Source: the human T2T-CHM13v2.0 reference genome, Homo sapiens
Assembly: GCF_009914755.1 (NCBI RefSeq)
Contig: NC_060934.1
DNA: 64,000 nucleotides
Strand: one strand, 5' to 3'
Positions 34,300-48,920 of the stretch are shown piece by piece. The position numbers and the translations under genes are program-made. Under the pieces are notes generated by a model. The model was given only the letters and a program-made list of their open reading frames with translations, was not told the origin of the DNA and made no database searches. The number at the start of each line of letters is the position of its first letter. The stretch's first letter is position 1.

Positions 34300-34580
34300 G
34301 ACTCTGCCCACCTCCTTCCTTTTGTCCCCCGCTGCCAATGTCATCCTCTCCAATTCCGCTCCCTCTCCTCCCCAGCCCTCACCTTGGAGCCTCCCATGAG
34401 GGGCCTTGCTTGCTCTTGATTTTGTGACTGTGATCATCTCTGCCCCATGCACACATTTTATTTCCCATGTGAGACTGCTCAGATACTTTTTTGTCTTCTC
34501 CTTGCATCCTCTGAGAGCACTGGACACAGTGCCAGACACAGTAAGTTTTCAATAAATGTCTGTGAACTGAATGAATGGCT
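34300..34580 (+). mobile_element. L2 LINE 3' relic
   Basis: acagtgccagacacagtaagttttcaataaatgtctgtgaactgaatgaatg. Confidence 0.65.
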
Positions 34581-34658
34581 GAATGTAAGTCTAGAGGCAA
34601 AACTCTTTTTCAAACCTGGTGAGGGGGGGCAGGGGTCAAGGAAGAGGCATGAAGATGA

Positions 34659-34892
<234 letters not shown>

Positions 34893-35791
34893 TAGGAAGG
34901 TCAGGGGTCCAGAAGAGAGAACCACAGGTGTCTCTCCTGCATGGTCATCAGCTCCCAGGAAATAAAATTCACAAGGGAGGGGCCTGGGGCGGGCCATTTA
35001 ATAATTTCCCCACTAAGAGGACCAGCAGTCCTGGTGGTACTGGAATGGAGGAGTTGCCCTGGGATGTAGGACTTCAATTCTAAAACCAGGAAAGGCCAAG
35101 GCAAACTGGGAAGGGTTGGTCTTTCTATTTCCCACAAACACCAACAGTTGCAAACTGGCTCAACAAGAGACTCCATGCCAAGTCCATGTTTAAGCTTATA
35201 GGGGTGAACTCAGTCTGGGCAGCTATTTTGATGGATTTCAGAATAAAACTGCAGTGGGTCAAGGAGCTTGATTGCAAGGCATCTTGGCACTTAGTGACCA
35301 GGGGAACCTTGGAGTTGGTAACTGTGCTCCATGCTGGGTTCCCTGTGATGGAAGCAATTCTCCAAGAAATCAGTGATCTCCTTTGATTATTTCAAGGCAC
35401 CCCCGCAGTGATCTCAAAAGAATTCACGTTTCAAGAACTAGGGGTGCTGAATGCATCATCAGAGAGTCCCCTCTGAGTCATCCCTGGAGAGGCTGGCTCA
35501 GCCTTTTGGTTGCAGAGACATCGTGCCTAAGTGGGCAGATGGAGATCACAGAGCCAGGACTTCCTGCAAATGCTATGAGTGGCTCTTGGGCCCATCAAAT
35601 TGAAACAACATGCTTTGTTTCAAAGGTCTATAGACCACAGGTCATCTAAGAACATACCTAACCTATTCTTTACCTCACTAAGGAACATGAAGAGTAAATA
35701 ATATCGTCACTGTTCAGTAGCTACTACTAAGTCTACTACTAACTTCTACTAACTGTACCAACTGTTTGTAGGGAGACCAAGGAAAGGAGGG

Positions 35792-36313
35792 TCTAAACCC
35801 TCCAGAAACACTGATTACCTGATCTCAAACCTTCTTTGCCAAGCAGGATTGCAGCCAGGGCATGGTGAATGTTGGGGTGAGGCATGGTTTTGGGGGAACA
35901 CTGTAACTTTTGCAAACTTGATGGGTTCCCAGGGACCTGTGAAGGGAGATATAGGGAAAAGTATGGGGAAAAACATAAAAATAGAAGAAATTTTAAATGG
36001 AGCCATGTGCAGCCTAAATATCTTCTTCCTTTTTGCTTTGTAATTTTTTTTTTGTAGTATTGTGATAACTGAAATATTTTTAAAGAATAAGATGGATCAG
36101 TCAAAGCTGACCTTCAAGGGCCACTGATGGCTTTTCCTTTAACAATAGTTCTTGAGGTAGCCTCCAGGGTTCACTGGGCAGTGGTACCTTCTTGCATGAT
36201 TATTGAAAGTATATTTCATTCAAAATAATATAAATTACAATTAAAAGCATTAATATGTGGTATAGAATTTTTTTTTAACTCAGGTTGATATTGCCATCCA
36301 ATTTGGAGTGAAT
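35792..36313 (+). repeat. Copy 2 of the ~500-bp local direct duplication
   Basis: Colinear with 32455-32956, with scattered substitutions and a short insertion near 35910-35927. Confidence 0.92.
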
Positions 36314-36432
36314 TCATTCAAATTGTTACTAGTAATTACTACTACCAAGGATTTCAGTTTAGCTTTCCCCATGTTTCCTAGGTTAAAATTGCCATTGTAT
36401 TTTCACTTTCAAATCAGTTGCTGAATAAGTGA

Positions 36433-37098
<666 letters not shown>

Positions 37099-37158
37099 TG
37101 ACTTTGAATACTAAATATTTTCCCCCCTTCACTTTGTTGTTTCTCTTTCCCAATTTAG

Positions 37159-37323
<165 letters not shown>

Positions 37324-38137
37324 TGAATTAATAATAATTGATTCATCATTAATTACTCATTGACATGAAATGTATTGTAAGTGCTAACCACGCTCATGTA
37401 TGTGATGTCATTTGATTTTTACAACAACCTTGGGAAGTAGGTATTGGTAGCCCATTTAGCGGATGAGGATCTGAAAACTGAGCGTCTTTGTGTTCATATG
37501 GACTCTATTGGTAAAGTCAGGATTAGATTCTAGTCTTCTATCTCTACATGTGGAGCTCACTTCATCTTCAATTTATACATACAATTCAGTTATTCTCGCA
37601 TGAAGATAACCGGTAATGCCCCCAACTGGGAGAGGGGGTAATTTTGTTAAGCTGCAAAGCAGGCTGTGGGCAGGACCCCAGAAAAGTCAGGAGGGTGCTT
37701 GACTTCTCCGTAGTGCTCCTGCTGGACTTTAGGAGAGGCAGGAGAATGTCATATTTAGGAGTGGAGAGTCTGCAGGTGAACGGCCTTGCGAGCTATAGGA
37801 CCTGGGCAAGTGCCAGGAACTCTCCTCTGTGCAGTTTCCTCACCTTTAAGGCAGAGAAGGTAACAGGACATACCTCACCGGATTGTTGTGAGTTTAAATG
37901 TGTTAATCTGTGCAGGGTGGCTTGGAACAAGCTTGACACACAAAGCACTATGTGCATTAGGGAAGATGAGGATGATGATGTTGACGATGACAATGACAAC
38001 TATGATGAAAGATTGCTGTGTTCCACTTAAGATTTGCTTACAAGTCTCTTCTCTAAACTGCAAGCTTTTGAGAGGCCATATCTTATTAATCTTTTTATTA
38101 CTACTGCCAATCACAGTACCGAGAACATAGAGGAGCT

Positions 38138-38232
38138 TTATTTTTTTATTTTTCTATATTTTTTGAGATGGAGTCTCATTCTGTCGCCCAGGCTGCAGTG
38201 CAGTGGCACAATCTTGGGTTACTGCAACCTCC
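38138..38232 (-). mobile_element. Alu 3' fragment
   Basis: tttgagatggagtctcattctgtcgcccaggctgcagtgcagtggc, then truncated. Confidence 0.8.
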
Positions 38233-38750
38233 TTATAAAGGGGCTTTAAATGACTGACTGAATAAATGAATGGATAAACGAGTGAATTAATGCATGAATG
38301 AAGAAACCAGAGTTTTAGTCCCAGATTTTCCAGTACCTCATATGTCCCCTGGAGCAAGTCATTTCTCTTCCATGGGCCTCAGCTCTTGGTCTCCACTGAC
38401 TCAGGCATCTCCCTACACAATGAATTCTTCTGGGTGGAAGAGATGAATTATGTGACAGCAACAGTCCAAATGCCCTTATGAGTACTACATTGGTTTTTTA
38501 ATTCTGGCAAAGGCATCATAAAGCTTGACTTGATGGTGTTTTCCTAGATTGGCCAAAGCCCAGGCCATCAGCCACAGGTTTATGTATGGTGGGGGCTCCG
38601 ATGACAACTGACTCAGCAGCAGCAACTTTTAGGAGATGGTGCCAATTGGGAAATGCCCTCTTGCTGCCTGCACACATTATATACCAGGGTCTATATGCCA
38701 GGCTCCAGCTTTCCCTAACTCTGGGCCACCCCGATTGCAGTTCCGCCTAA

Positions 38751-39038
<288 letters not shown>

Positions 39039-39695
39039 TAATCTCCAGTGCTCTACACTGAAGATCCCCGGAAAATCTGGCTCAGTTTCTTAAGGATTAT
39101 CACAGCCTCAAATAATGCTAAAGAGAAATCTCTTCTAGAATGAAAAACCGTGGATACAGGTAACTATAACCCAAATCAGACTACCTGATTTGGATCACAC
39201 CAGATCTATTTTATAAGCATCAAAGGGTATTTTTTTTTTAGGTGAGGAGGCTCCGTGGAGTGTATTTGTCATCACTACCTCCACTGATGCCTGTGAGTGG
39301 CACATTAATTTCCCTGAAATCCACAGCCCAGACCCACCTGCCTCACTCAGGCCCACTGGGGAAGGGCTGGGCCCATCTACCTCAGTAGGTGGTTGCCAGC
39401 ATCTAGGCAGATCCACTGCCTGGCCTGGCTTCTGACCAGAATAAGACTTTGCTACAAGCCAGTGAGTAATTCCTGGTCCTGACTGCACATCAGAATCACC
39501 TGGGGGCCTTATAACTACCAAGGCCAGAGCCCCACCCAGATCACCAGACCAGATAGATACTCCATGGATCGGGCCAGGGTATCAGTATTTTTAAAAGCTT
39601 CCAGGTTGTTTTCTATGACGTTAGAAATCACAGTAACAATTTCCTTTGTGGGGGTGAGGGAGAGGGGCTGGGAAATTAACTGACAGAGAACATGA

Positions 39696-40015
<320 letters not shown>

Positions 40016-40294
40016 GAAATATTTGTCTTGTTCAGGGTGATGGTTACACAGGAGCATTTACTTGGTGAGAATTTATCAAGCTGTCCTCTTCAGATTTGTG
40101 CACGTTATTGTGTTTAAGTTATTCCTAATTTATTGGCAGTTTATTTCAAATAACCTCTGCAGGTTATTCTGATGTGCAACCATAGTTGAGAGCCAGCATT
40201 TTCTACAACTGTTAGTCCTTCCTCTTTCCCCTTCTGGGGGGCAATTGTGTTCATCCTAAAAGTCACATTCACTTTGTTTTTTTTCATGTTTTAG

Positions 40295-40363
40295 ACCTTG
40301 AAAATCCAAACTGTGGGCATCCCAATCTATGTAAGTTTTGCATTCATCTTCCCAGCATCTTGA
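40295..40363 (+). CDS. BTBD16: BTBD16 terminal coding exon: TLKIQTVGIPIYVSFAFIFPAS*
   Basis: T-rich tract and ttag acceptor at 40293-40294; TGA at 40361-40363. Confidence 0.93.
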   Translation, partial: TLKIQTVGIPIYVSFAFIFPAS

Positions 40364-40416
40364 CAGTTTCCAGAAGAATCTATGGGATTTTCCCCCCACT
40401 GGTCTGCATAAAAGAA

Positions 40417-40422
40417 AATAAA
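40417..40422 (+). terminator. BTBD16: Polyadenylation signal AATAAA of BTBD16 (very short 3' UTR)
   Basis: AATAAA ~55 nt after the stop, flanked by two CATAAA variants, with T/GT-rich sequence downstream (~40450-40500). Confidence 0.8.
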
Positions 40423-40859
40423 ATGACATAAAAGGGAGCACTCAAGCATTCCGTTGCCTTTCCTAGTTCATTATGGTCTTGTTCGAACTTTTGTCCACAT
40501 TTGTATCATTTGAGGGTGGAACGTGCCAGACCCGAGAGTGCATTTACCAGCCCTGCCCCACAGAACCCTGAGTCCAGCCCTGACTTTTTGCCCTCTCCCA
40601 GCACCAGGGAAGCAACAGCAGTGGCAACAGACTGCAGCCAGGAGCATGGAAGACTTCCCTTAAATGCAGCTCTGCCTGCTACACAGAACAACATGCCTGC
40701 CAATCGTCCCTGGCAGTTTGGGCTCAGACAGAACAAGAGATAGGAGGGGAAGGAAGTGATTCTTAAGTACAGAGTGACTTATTTATTATCCCACCTTTAA
40801 AACTGAAGCTCTGCAGTTTGGAAAGAGAGAAGTAGAGAGCCTTCCTTCCCACTTTATTT

Positions 40860-41404
40860 ATTTTCTATTGCAGTGTCACAAAGGACCACAAATTTAGTGA
40901 CTTAAAACAACACATTGATTACTTCAGTTTTCATGGTTGAGGAATTCAGGGGTAGCTTCACTGGGACCAATACTCAGGGCCTCATAAGACTACGGTTTAG
41001 TGGCAGGCAGGCTGTCTTCTCATCTGAAGAGATGGCGGGGAGAATTCATGTCCGAGCGCGTTCAGGTTGTTGGCAGATTCATTTTCTTGCAGCTGTATGA
41101 CCAAGGGCCCCGGCTGCTACTGGGGTAGAGAGAAGGTTGCGCAGGCCCCAGTGGCGCCCTGCAGTTCCCTGCCATGTGACTCTCTACAGACATTTCAAAT
41201 CATGGCTATTTGCTTCTTCAAGGCCAGCAGAAGAATCTCTCACTCTAGTCTGCTAAGGTAGCATCTTATATAATGTAAGGTAATCATAGGAGTGGCAGCC
41301 CCTCCCCTCTGCCCTACTCTCTGGACTAGAAGGAAGTCACACGCTCCACCCACACCCAAGGGGAGAGAATTATACAAGGGGTCACCTGAGGGTGTGTCCA
41401 CCAC
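40860..41404 (-). mobile_element. MLT1-family MaLR LTR
   Basis: ccacaaatttagtgacttaaaacaacaca...gttgttggcagattcattttcttgcagctgt...cttcaaggccagcag. Confidence 0.75.
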
Positions 41405-42139
41405 ACTGTATTACCCATTGTCTTTGGAAAAGTGATGGAGAGTCGATGACGCTCTGCAGACAGTGAGGTGGATAAGTTTAGTCTAACAATCACCTTAGAG
41501 TCAGACACAGCTGAGGGAGCCTCCTTCCCAGCAGAGGAATCTGTGCAGTGTGACCTGGCAGGGAGGCGCAAAGGAACTGGGTGTTGGGAGCCTGTTGGCA
41601 GGTTCTCCCCGCCCTTCCCCAAGCCCTGTTTCCCAGGCTGCCTCACCGGCTTGCTTCCGGCCATGTCCAGTCAATGAGAGGTGGAGATGGGAGCTTGGAA
41701 GAGAGAGAACAGGAGAGGCCTGGGTAGTTTGTACCCTCTGGGCTCAGAGGACGTTTTCCAGCAGTAACTGTGTCTCCTTCCTCCGCTGCCCAGCTTGTGC
41801 CCCAGCTCATGCCCATAGCCTCCTGCCAGGGTTTCAGCACCCATCAAAGGTCCCTGCTTCTGGTTCTGATACCACCTCGTCCCTGTGTCCCTCCAGGCTC
41901 TGGGGCAGTGAGGACTTCCTTCACTGCAGTCTCTGGGTCGTCTCATTCCCTGCTTAGCTTCTTGAGTTTTACTTCATCTGGGAACCAGTTCTCTGTATTA
42001 TATTGATTGTTTGAAACCCCTAGACTAGTTTATGTTTCCAGGTTAGTCCCTAATGTAAAGGGTTTTGATGAGTTGGCAGATGTGGCTCAGTGGGGTGGAT
42101 GATTGGATAACACAGCCTCAATGATTCTTCCCATCCCTG

Positions 42140-42285
42140 CCGGGCGGGGTCTAGGGTGAGGCAAGCGAGGCACTTGCTCGGGCATATAACCTAAAGGGGC
42201 ACCGAAATACTTAGTAATACAGATAAATAGTATTTTGATTCAATGTTTTAAAAAACCAAAATCAACCCACACAAATTTATGATAG
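42140..42285 (+). mobile_element. hAT fragment (MER96B-like)
   Basis: ctagggtgaggcaagcgaggcacttgctcgggc; same family as 8915-9085. Confidence 0.55.
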
Positions 42286-42780
42286 AGCTTGGTGAATTGT
42301 CATGAGGTGAACACACCCATATAACCAGCACCCAGATCAAAAACAAAAAGAACATAACCAGCACCCCAGACGCCCCCAGTGGACCCCCCAAGGTGAATAC
42401 AACACCGACTTCCATCTCCATGAATTAGTTTGGCCCTTTAGTTTGAATATCTTGCAAACAATCTGACAGTGCACACTCTTTCATGCCTGCATGCTTTTGT
42501 TCAACATCACATTTAAGAGATTCATCCAGGTTTTCACCGGGAGATGTAGTTTATTTTCAAATAACATGATGGTTTCACTTTTTTACTTTTTAAAAACTAA
42601 ACGTTACTTCAATAAAATAATACATGTTGTCACAGAAAAGGGAGAAAATACAAAGAAGAAAATCAAACAGCCTGGGACTGCTGACACTGAGATGTTTGGT
42701 AGGCGACCTTCCAGGAGGAATTTTAGGTGCATTTATAGTTTTCTTTCCATTTAAAATGGGATTTGCAGTTCAGAGCCTCA

Positions 42781-43122
<342 letters not shown>

Positions 43123-43990
43123 GCAGGGAATGCGGGGGAAGTTAAACAGGATAACAGGATGATTTCTTTCATAGCGAGCACAGTGTTTGCGGAGGAAGGA
43201 GATGGTGTATTTGTTTCACCTTCAAATTGCGGGGCATCAGAAAAGTCACTTGTCACTTACCTTCCATGACTGTCATTTTCTTATCTTTAAAAGGGACATA
43301 AACTTACCCCTCTGCCTCCCTCTCAGGGGCTGTGAGCCCCGCAGGCAGCACTGTATGTAAGGCCTCTTTATGGACCAGTCCCTGTGCAGACGCCTGGGAG
43401 CTTGGTGTTACTGGCTCAAGAAAAAATGCAACCTTGTGGCATTTTACCACAGTTCTGTAGGATAACAGGGATGACAAGAACTAAAAACACTGACAAGCAA
43501 ATCTGCAGATGTCTAAGAGAGGAGAGGTTGTTTGGAAGCGTCTCTGAAACATGAATGATTGCCCGGTCTCTAGGGGAAACAACGGTTAGGTATTTGAAAT
43601 ACGTAAACTCATGCGCCAGGAGTTTGCAAGAGTGGGAGAAACTTGCCAAGGAGCGATGCCAAAAATGTGTCTGTAAGGTGAGCAGTAAAGCAGAGTGGGG
43701 AATGTTAGGGAGGGGCTGGGGCGGGCAGGAGGAAGGCAGCCCCAAAACCTGCGGGGGGCTGGGGTGGCAGGAGGAAGGCAGCCCCAAAAGGAAAAGGGAA
43801 GGATTGAAGGATTGGGCTGCCTCCCCTTCCTCTTGGGCAACAGGAAGGTACTAGAGACAGTAGGACTTGCAGTGTCAGGGAGGGGCCCTGTGATGTCATT
43901 TCCACCTCCTAATTGTACAAGGGGGAAATGGAGCCCCAGCAAGGTGGAGTAATGATTCTGGTGGGAAAATGCTTGGTAAGCACCGTCTCA

Positions 43991-44440
<450 letters not shown>

Positions 44441-46402
44441 TTAGGGTGTTTCATTCAAGTATTTCTTGAACACCTATCTGTTCAAAAGCAATGCGCACGG
44501 AGCATATGCTACGCGCCTGGCTGCGGTGTGCAGGGTGTGCCTCATATGATATCTCATTCGATTATGATGGGGACTTGAGCAGGGGCAAGGGTGGGAGAGT
44601 GGCACGTACCTGGGCCTGGAAGGATGGGGGGCTGTCCTTGTAGGTGGGGATGGAGGGAAACGGTACACAGGTGGTGTTCCAGCCTCATGGCTCTAGGACT
44701 GAATATGCATCTGAATTACCTGGGACTTTGTGCTTGCGCAGATCCTGGGCCCCGGCTGAGAGAGGCTGATTTTGAAGTCTGAGAGACACTCAGAAATCTG
44801 CACTATAACAGGCTTCCTGGGGGATGCTGATGCAGGGTGTCTGTGGATCACATCCAGAAACTGATCTGTGTGTCAATTCCACAGCAGGGTTTCTTACTGT
44901 GCTCCATACACCCAATTGTCTTCCTTACCCAGTGCCAAAACAAAATCCAAACAATAACAAAAAACCTGTGAATTGATTTCACCACACTGGCTGATTCGAA
45001 ACAAAGCAAAACTGATTTCCTAGAATATGAAATAAACAGAACTTAGTAATGAGGCCCCTCCTGTGGGTGAGCCATAATTCACAGTCCACCCCTTTCCACT
45101 AGGGGGCATGGTCCACCTCAAAAATTTTAGTGGCAAAAATTTGCAACCTAAAAACTCGTTTTACAGCAGGGAGTCCCCTTGCTTTGTGGTTGAAAGTGGA
45201 GCTGTTCGTCCTGGGAGAGGCTCTGTTTATCCAAACATCCACAGTATGCACATCATAAAATCTCTGAACTTGAGAAGTGTTAGTCTTGAGACAAAAAAAT
45301 CTTAAAATAATTTTACAAGCTTTTCTTACAAGGGAGAAATTCGTAGAGATTCAAGGGAGAACTTGAATTTTAAAGCCCAAAGTCCCAATGCCCAAAGCAG
45401 TGGCCATGAGCACTGGTTAACGAAACATCTTATGTGCCATGTCTGAAACGCCTCGTTCACTTCTCCTGATGCCCTTCTGGCTCACCTCCTAGCCGCTCAC
45501 CTCCTATCCCCTCCCCTCCAACGGGGGAGATGGCCCTGGACTCATTTGGTGCACACCAAGTCTTTCGGGTTCTAGAGTACAACTGACCTGGGTTTGAGTC
45601 TCAGCGCTGCCCCTTATCAGCTGTATGGCCTTAGGCAAGCCATCTAACCTCTCTGAGCCTCAGAGACTGATCTGAGATAGGCAATCAAACTCATGGTAAA
45701 AATTAAATAAGTTGATGTTTTTTGTAAAGCACCTACCACATAATACGTGCTTTATACAATTTATTCCTTATTTTTTCACCCTTATTGCTTGGAGTCAGGG
45801 AGTACTTGTTGAAGGTCAAAATGGTTGCTGTGCGATCTTGGGACAGTCCCTTTTCTTTCTCTGGGCCTATTTCCCTTTATGCAAAATGAAAAGGTTGACC
45901 CAGGTGCTCTCTGCAGTCTTTCCAGCTGCAATCATCAGATTCTCAAATTCTGTGAATACGAAAGAACAGATGTGAGTTGTTGAGCCTGTGAACCAGAAGG
46001 AGGAGGATCTGGGGAAAGGAACTGTCTTATTTTCCCGTGGGCTCATCAGAATGGGAATGAATTGGAAAGAGTAGGAGAAGGTTTTTCCTCGCCCCTCTTT
46101 ATAGGGTTTTGCATCCGGGAGACTGGAGCATCTTGTAATACCGGGGAGGAGAGAGTTTGTTCTTGCTCTTGTAAGCCTAGGCTACTGTTTGGGGTTCGCC
46201 ATGCTGTTGGGGAGAAGAGTGAGCTTCCCAGGGATGACCTGGGTACCAGAAGTCCCAGGCCCTGCTTGCACACGGGGGTAGGTGTAGGATATGGGGAATT
46301 GGGCCTCTGGGCCCTGAGGCCTTGAGAGCTGGCGGGTATAGAAGGAGGTTCTCCTGGAGGAGAGAGAGACAGAAGAAACCTCTGTGAGACAGACCCTGAG
46401 GG

Positions 46403-46611
46403 CAGCACCAGCCAACTGAACTTTCCGCAATGATGGGAATGTCCCACATCTGCTCCATCCGATGTGGTATCTGATGTGGTATCCGATGTGGTATCCGATG
46501 TAGCCGTTAGTCATGCGTGGCCTTTGAGCACTTCAAATGGGGTTGGAGCTAACTGAGAAACTGAGTTTTCAATTTTATTTCATTTTAATTAATTTAAATT
46601 TAAATTGCCAT
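46403..46611 (+). mobile_element. MER3-like hAT-Charlie element with an internal 12-bp tandem expansion
   Basis: gaactttccgcaatgatgggaatgt...ttgagcacttcaaatg...aattttatttcattttaattaatttaaatttaaattgcca. Confidence 0.75.
46457..46504. repeat. (ATCCGATGTGGT)x4 minisatellite
   Basis: Units atccgatgtggt, atctgatgtggt, atccgatgtggt, atccgatgtagc. Confidence 0.9.
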
Positions 46612-46907
46612 AAGCTTAAGTAGAAGAAGCAAGGTAACGACAGCACCCAACATGAAACCAGAACTGGATGCTTCCTGGCTTTGCAGACTCTCTAGGGTTC
46701 CGAGCCTCTCAGTCTCTTCCCAGGCCCCCGATGAGTGGAGCCTCAGTGGCAGGCTGTGCCCATGCCTGTGGCTCAGCCTGAGGCCACCTCAGACTTCTTT
46801 CTGGAGAAAGTCGTGCTGTGGAACAGGAAGGTTCCCATGCTGGGGAAGCGGAGTTCAGCTCTGTATTGATATTATTCTTATCTTGCTCCTTCTACTTGCG
46901 CTAACCA

Positions 46908-47112
46908 CTTAAATTTAAATAAATGAAAATGAAATAAAATTTAAAATTTCACTCTTTGTCACTCTAGCCATGTTTCTTTCTTCCTTTTTTTTTTTTAACT
47001 CCTCCTTGCAGAGGAGCACTAACTCACAGGCGGTGTGCCCAGAGTCGGCCAAGCCGCGTTTCAAGTGCTCCGTGGACTCAATGGCTAGTGGCTGCCCTGT
47101 GGGCTTGGCAGA
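46908..47112 (-). mobile_element. MER3/MER33-like fragment in inverted orientation
   Basis: ttaaatttaaataaatgaaaatgaaataaaatttaaaatttca...tttcaagtgctc...tggctagtggctgcc. Confidence 0.65.
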
Positions 47113-47755
47113 TGTGGGACAAAGGGCTCCTATGGCTGCTCCTCATGACTTTGAGCTTTGTGACTTTGAATGAGTCATGTGACCTTTGTGCTTTCATTCC
47201 TTGACTTTACTCACACCACAGATTTACAGTGAGCTGCGGCAGGCCAGGCTTCGGGTGAGGTTGTGAAGGTGAACAAAACACACAGTCTCCGCCATCTCAG
47301 AGCCTACAGTGTGTGGGGAAAGACAGTTATTAGTGGAATATGCACTAAAGAATGCCTGTGTGCCCTGAAGAGCACAGTTGCCTGGAGCACTGTTTCCAGA
47401 GAGCATAAAGCAAAGAAAGCTGACCTAGATCCTGGTGTGGGGATCAAGGCCCAAGGAGAGCCCTCCCAGGGGAAGCAACGCTTACACAGAGAGCTGAAGT
47501 CGGAGTGGGAATTGAAACAGGTTTAGGTGAGGATGTAGAGAAACGACTACTCATATGCTGCTAGTGGGAGGGTGAAATGGTGCAGCTGCTTTGGAAAACT
47601 GGTGGCTCCTCAAACAATTAACGTACAGTACCATGTGACCCAGCAATTCTCACCTCTAGTTACATACCCCAGAGAAAATGAAAATGTATGCCCTCCCAGA
47701 AACGTGAACACGAATGTTCGTAGCAGTATTATTCACAACAGGCAAAACATGGAAA

Positions 47756-47966
47756 TTAGCCAGGAGCGATGGCGTGCACCTGCAAAAGGGGTGAGGCGCC
47801 TGTAGAAAGGGGGTTGGCTCATGCCTGTAGTCCCAGCTGCTTGGGAGGCTGAGGTGGGAGGATCACTTGAGCCCAGGAAGTGGAGTCTGCAGTGACCCAT
47901 GATCACACTACTGGACTCCAGCCTGGGTGACAGAATGAGACCGTCCTTTACAAAAAATAAAATAAA
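47756..47966 (+). mobile_element. Alu right monomer (AluJ/FRAM-like) with a rearranged 5' part
   Basis: ttagccagg...cctgtagtcccagctgcttgggaggctgaggtgggaggatcacttgagcccagg...caaaaaataaaataaaa. Confidence 0.85.
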
Positions 47967-48070
47967 ATGCTCACTTTGGTAGCAGATATACTAAAATTGG
48001 AATGATACAGAGATTAGCATCACCCCTGCAAAAAGATGACATACAAATTTGTGAAATGTTCCATGTTTTT
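47967..48070 (+). pseudogene. U6 snRNA processed pseudogene (full length, CpG-decayed)
   Basis: tgctcactttggtagcagatatactaaaattggaatgatacagagattagcatcacccctgcaaaaagatgacatacaaatttgtgaaatgttccatgttttt aligns end to end with U6. An A-rich tail follows and there is no PSE/TATA upstream. Confidence 0.93.
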
Positions 48071-48920
48071 AATAAATTTTTTAAATTAAAAAAAAAGTAA
48101 AAGAAAAAGAAAAAAAGAGAAATGGAAACAACCTAAATGTCCATCAGTGGATGCATGGATAAACAAAGTGTGGTCTATCCATGCAATAGAACATTACTCA
48201 GCCCTAAAAAGGAATGTAGGACTGGCACGTGCTACATGGATAAACCTTAAAAAGATCATGCTAAGTGAAAGAAGGCAGTCACAGAAAAACACGTATTATA
48301 TAACTCCATTCATACGAAATGTCCAGAGGAGGAATGTCTACAGACAGAAAGTAGATTCGTGGTTGCTTAGGGCTGGAAGATAAGAGGATGGCCACTAAAG
48401 GGCACAGGGTTTCCATTTCAGGTGATGAAAATGTTTTAAAATTGAACAATGGTGATGGCTGGACAACTCTGTGAATATGCTGGAAACCACTAAACTGTAC
48501 ACTTAAGTGGGCGAATTGTATGATACATTAATTCTATCTCAATAAAACTGGGGCTTTTTTGAAAAAAAAAAAAAAAAGGAATTGGGGGCTCAGGAGAAGA
48601 TTCAAGCCCAGACAACATGTGAAAGTGAGCCTGGTACCTTTAAAAAACACGGGAGAAGGCCCCAGTGGGCAGAGCCAGCAGAGCCAGCAGCAGAGGCTGG
48701 AGATGTGGGCAGCTGGGACATCCCTGGATTTTGGTCTCTTTCTCAAGACCACCTAGTATTCAAGAGTTTCAGGCCTGGGGCCACCCTGATGAAACCTGGG
48801 TTTTGAAAAAGTTTTTCTAGATGCTGTTTGTCAGCAGAGGTGAGGGGGGCTTGGGAAAGAATGCCAGGTGTCAACATGGTGTGGGATGTGTTGTGGGTGA
48901 GCAATGACTATCTGGACCAG

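Larger units (their letters stand above)
47525..48552 (+). mobile_element. L1MB/ME 3' end, interrupted at ~47755-48120
   Basis: ggtgaggatgtagagaaac...atggaaacaacctaaatgtccatcagtggatg...tatctcaataaaactg. Confidence 0.85.

Noticed and set aside
37960-38010. Acidic EDEDDDVDDDNDNYDE stretch in ORF 37644..38030
   Set aside because: A degenerate (GAT/GAC)n low-complexity tract next to a MIR relic.
46457-46504. 12-bp repeats as a CRISPR-like or iteron array
   Set aside because: Head-to-tail units with no spacers; a simple minisatellite.
47967-48070. Functional U6 snRNA gene
   Set aside because: Many substitutions, a 3-nt deletion near the catalytic core, an A-rich tail, and an Alu instead of PSE/TATA upstream.
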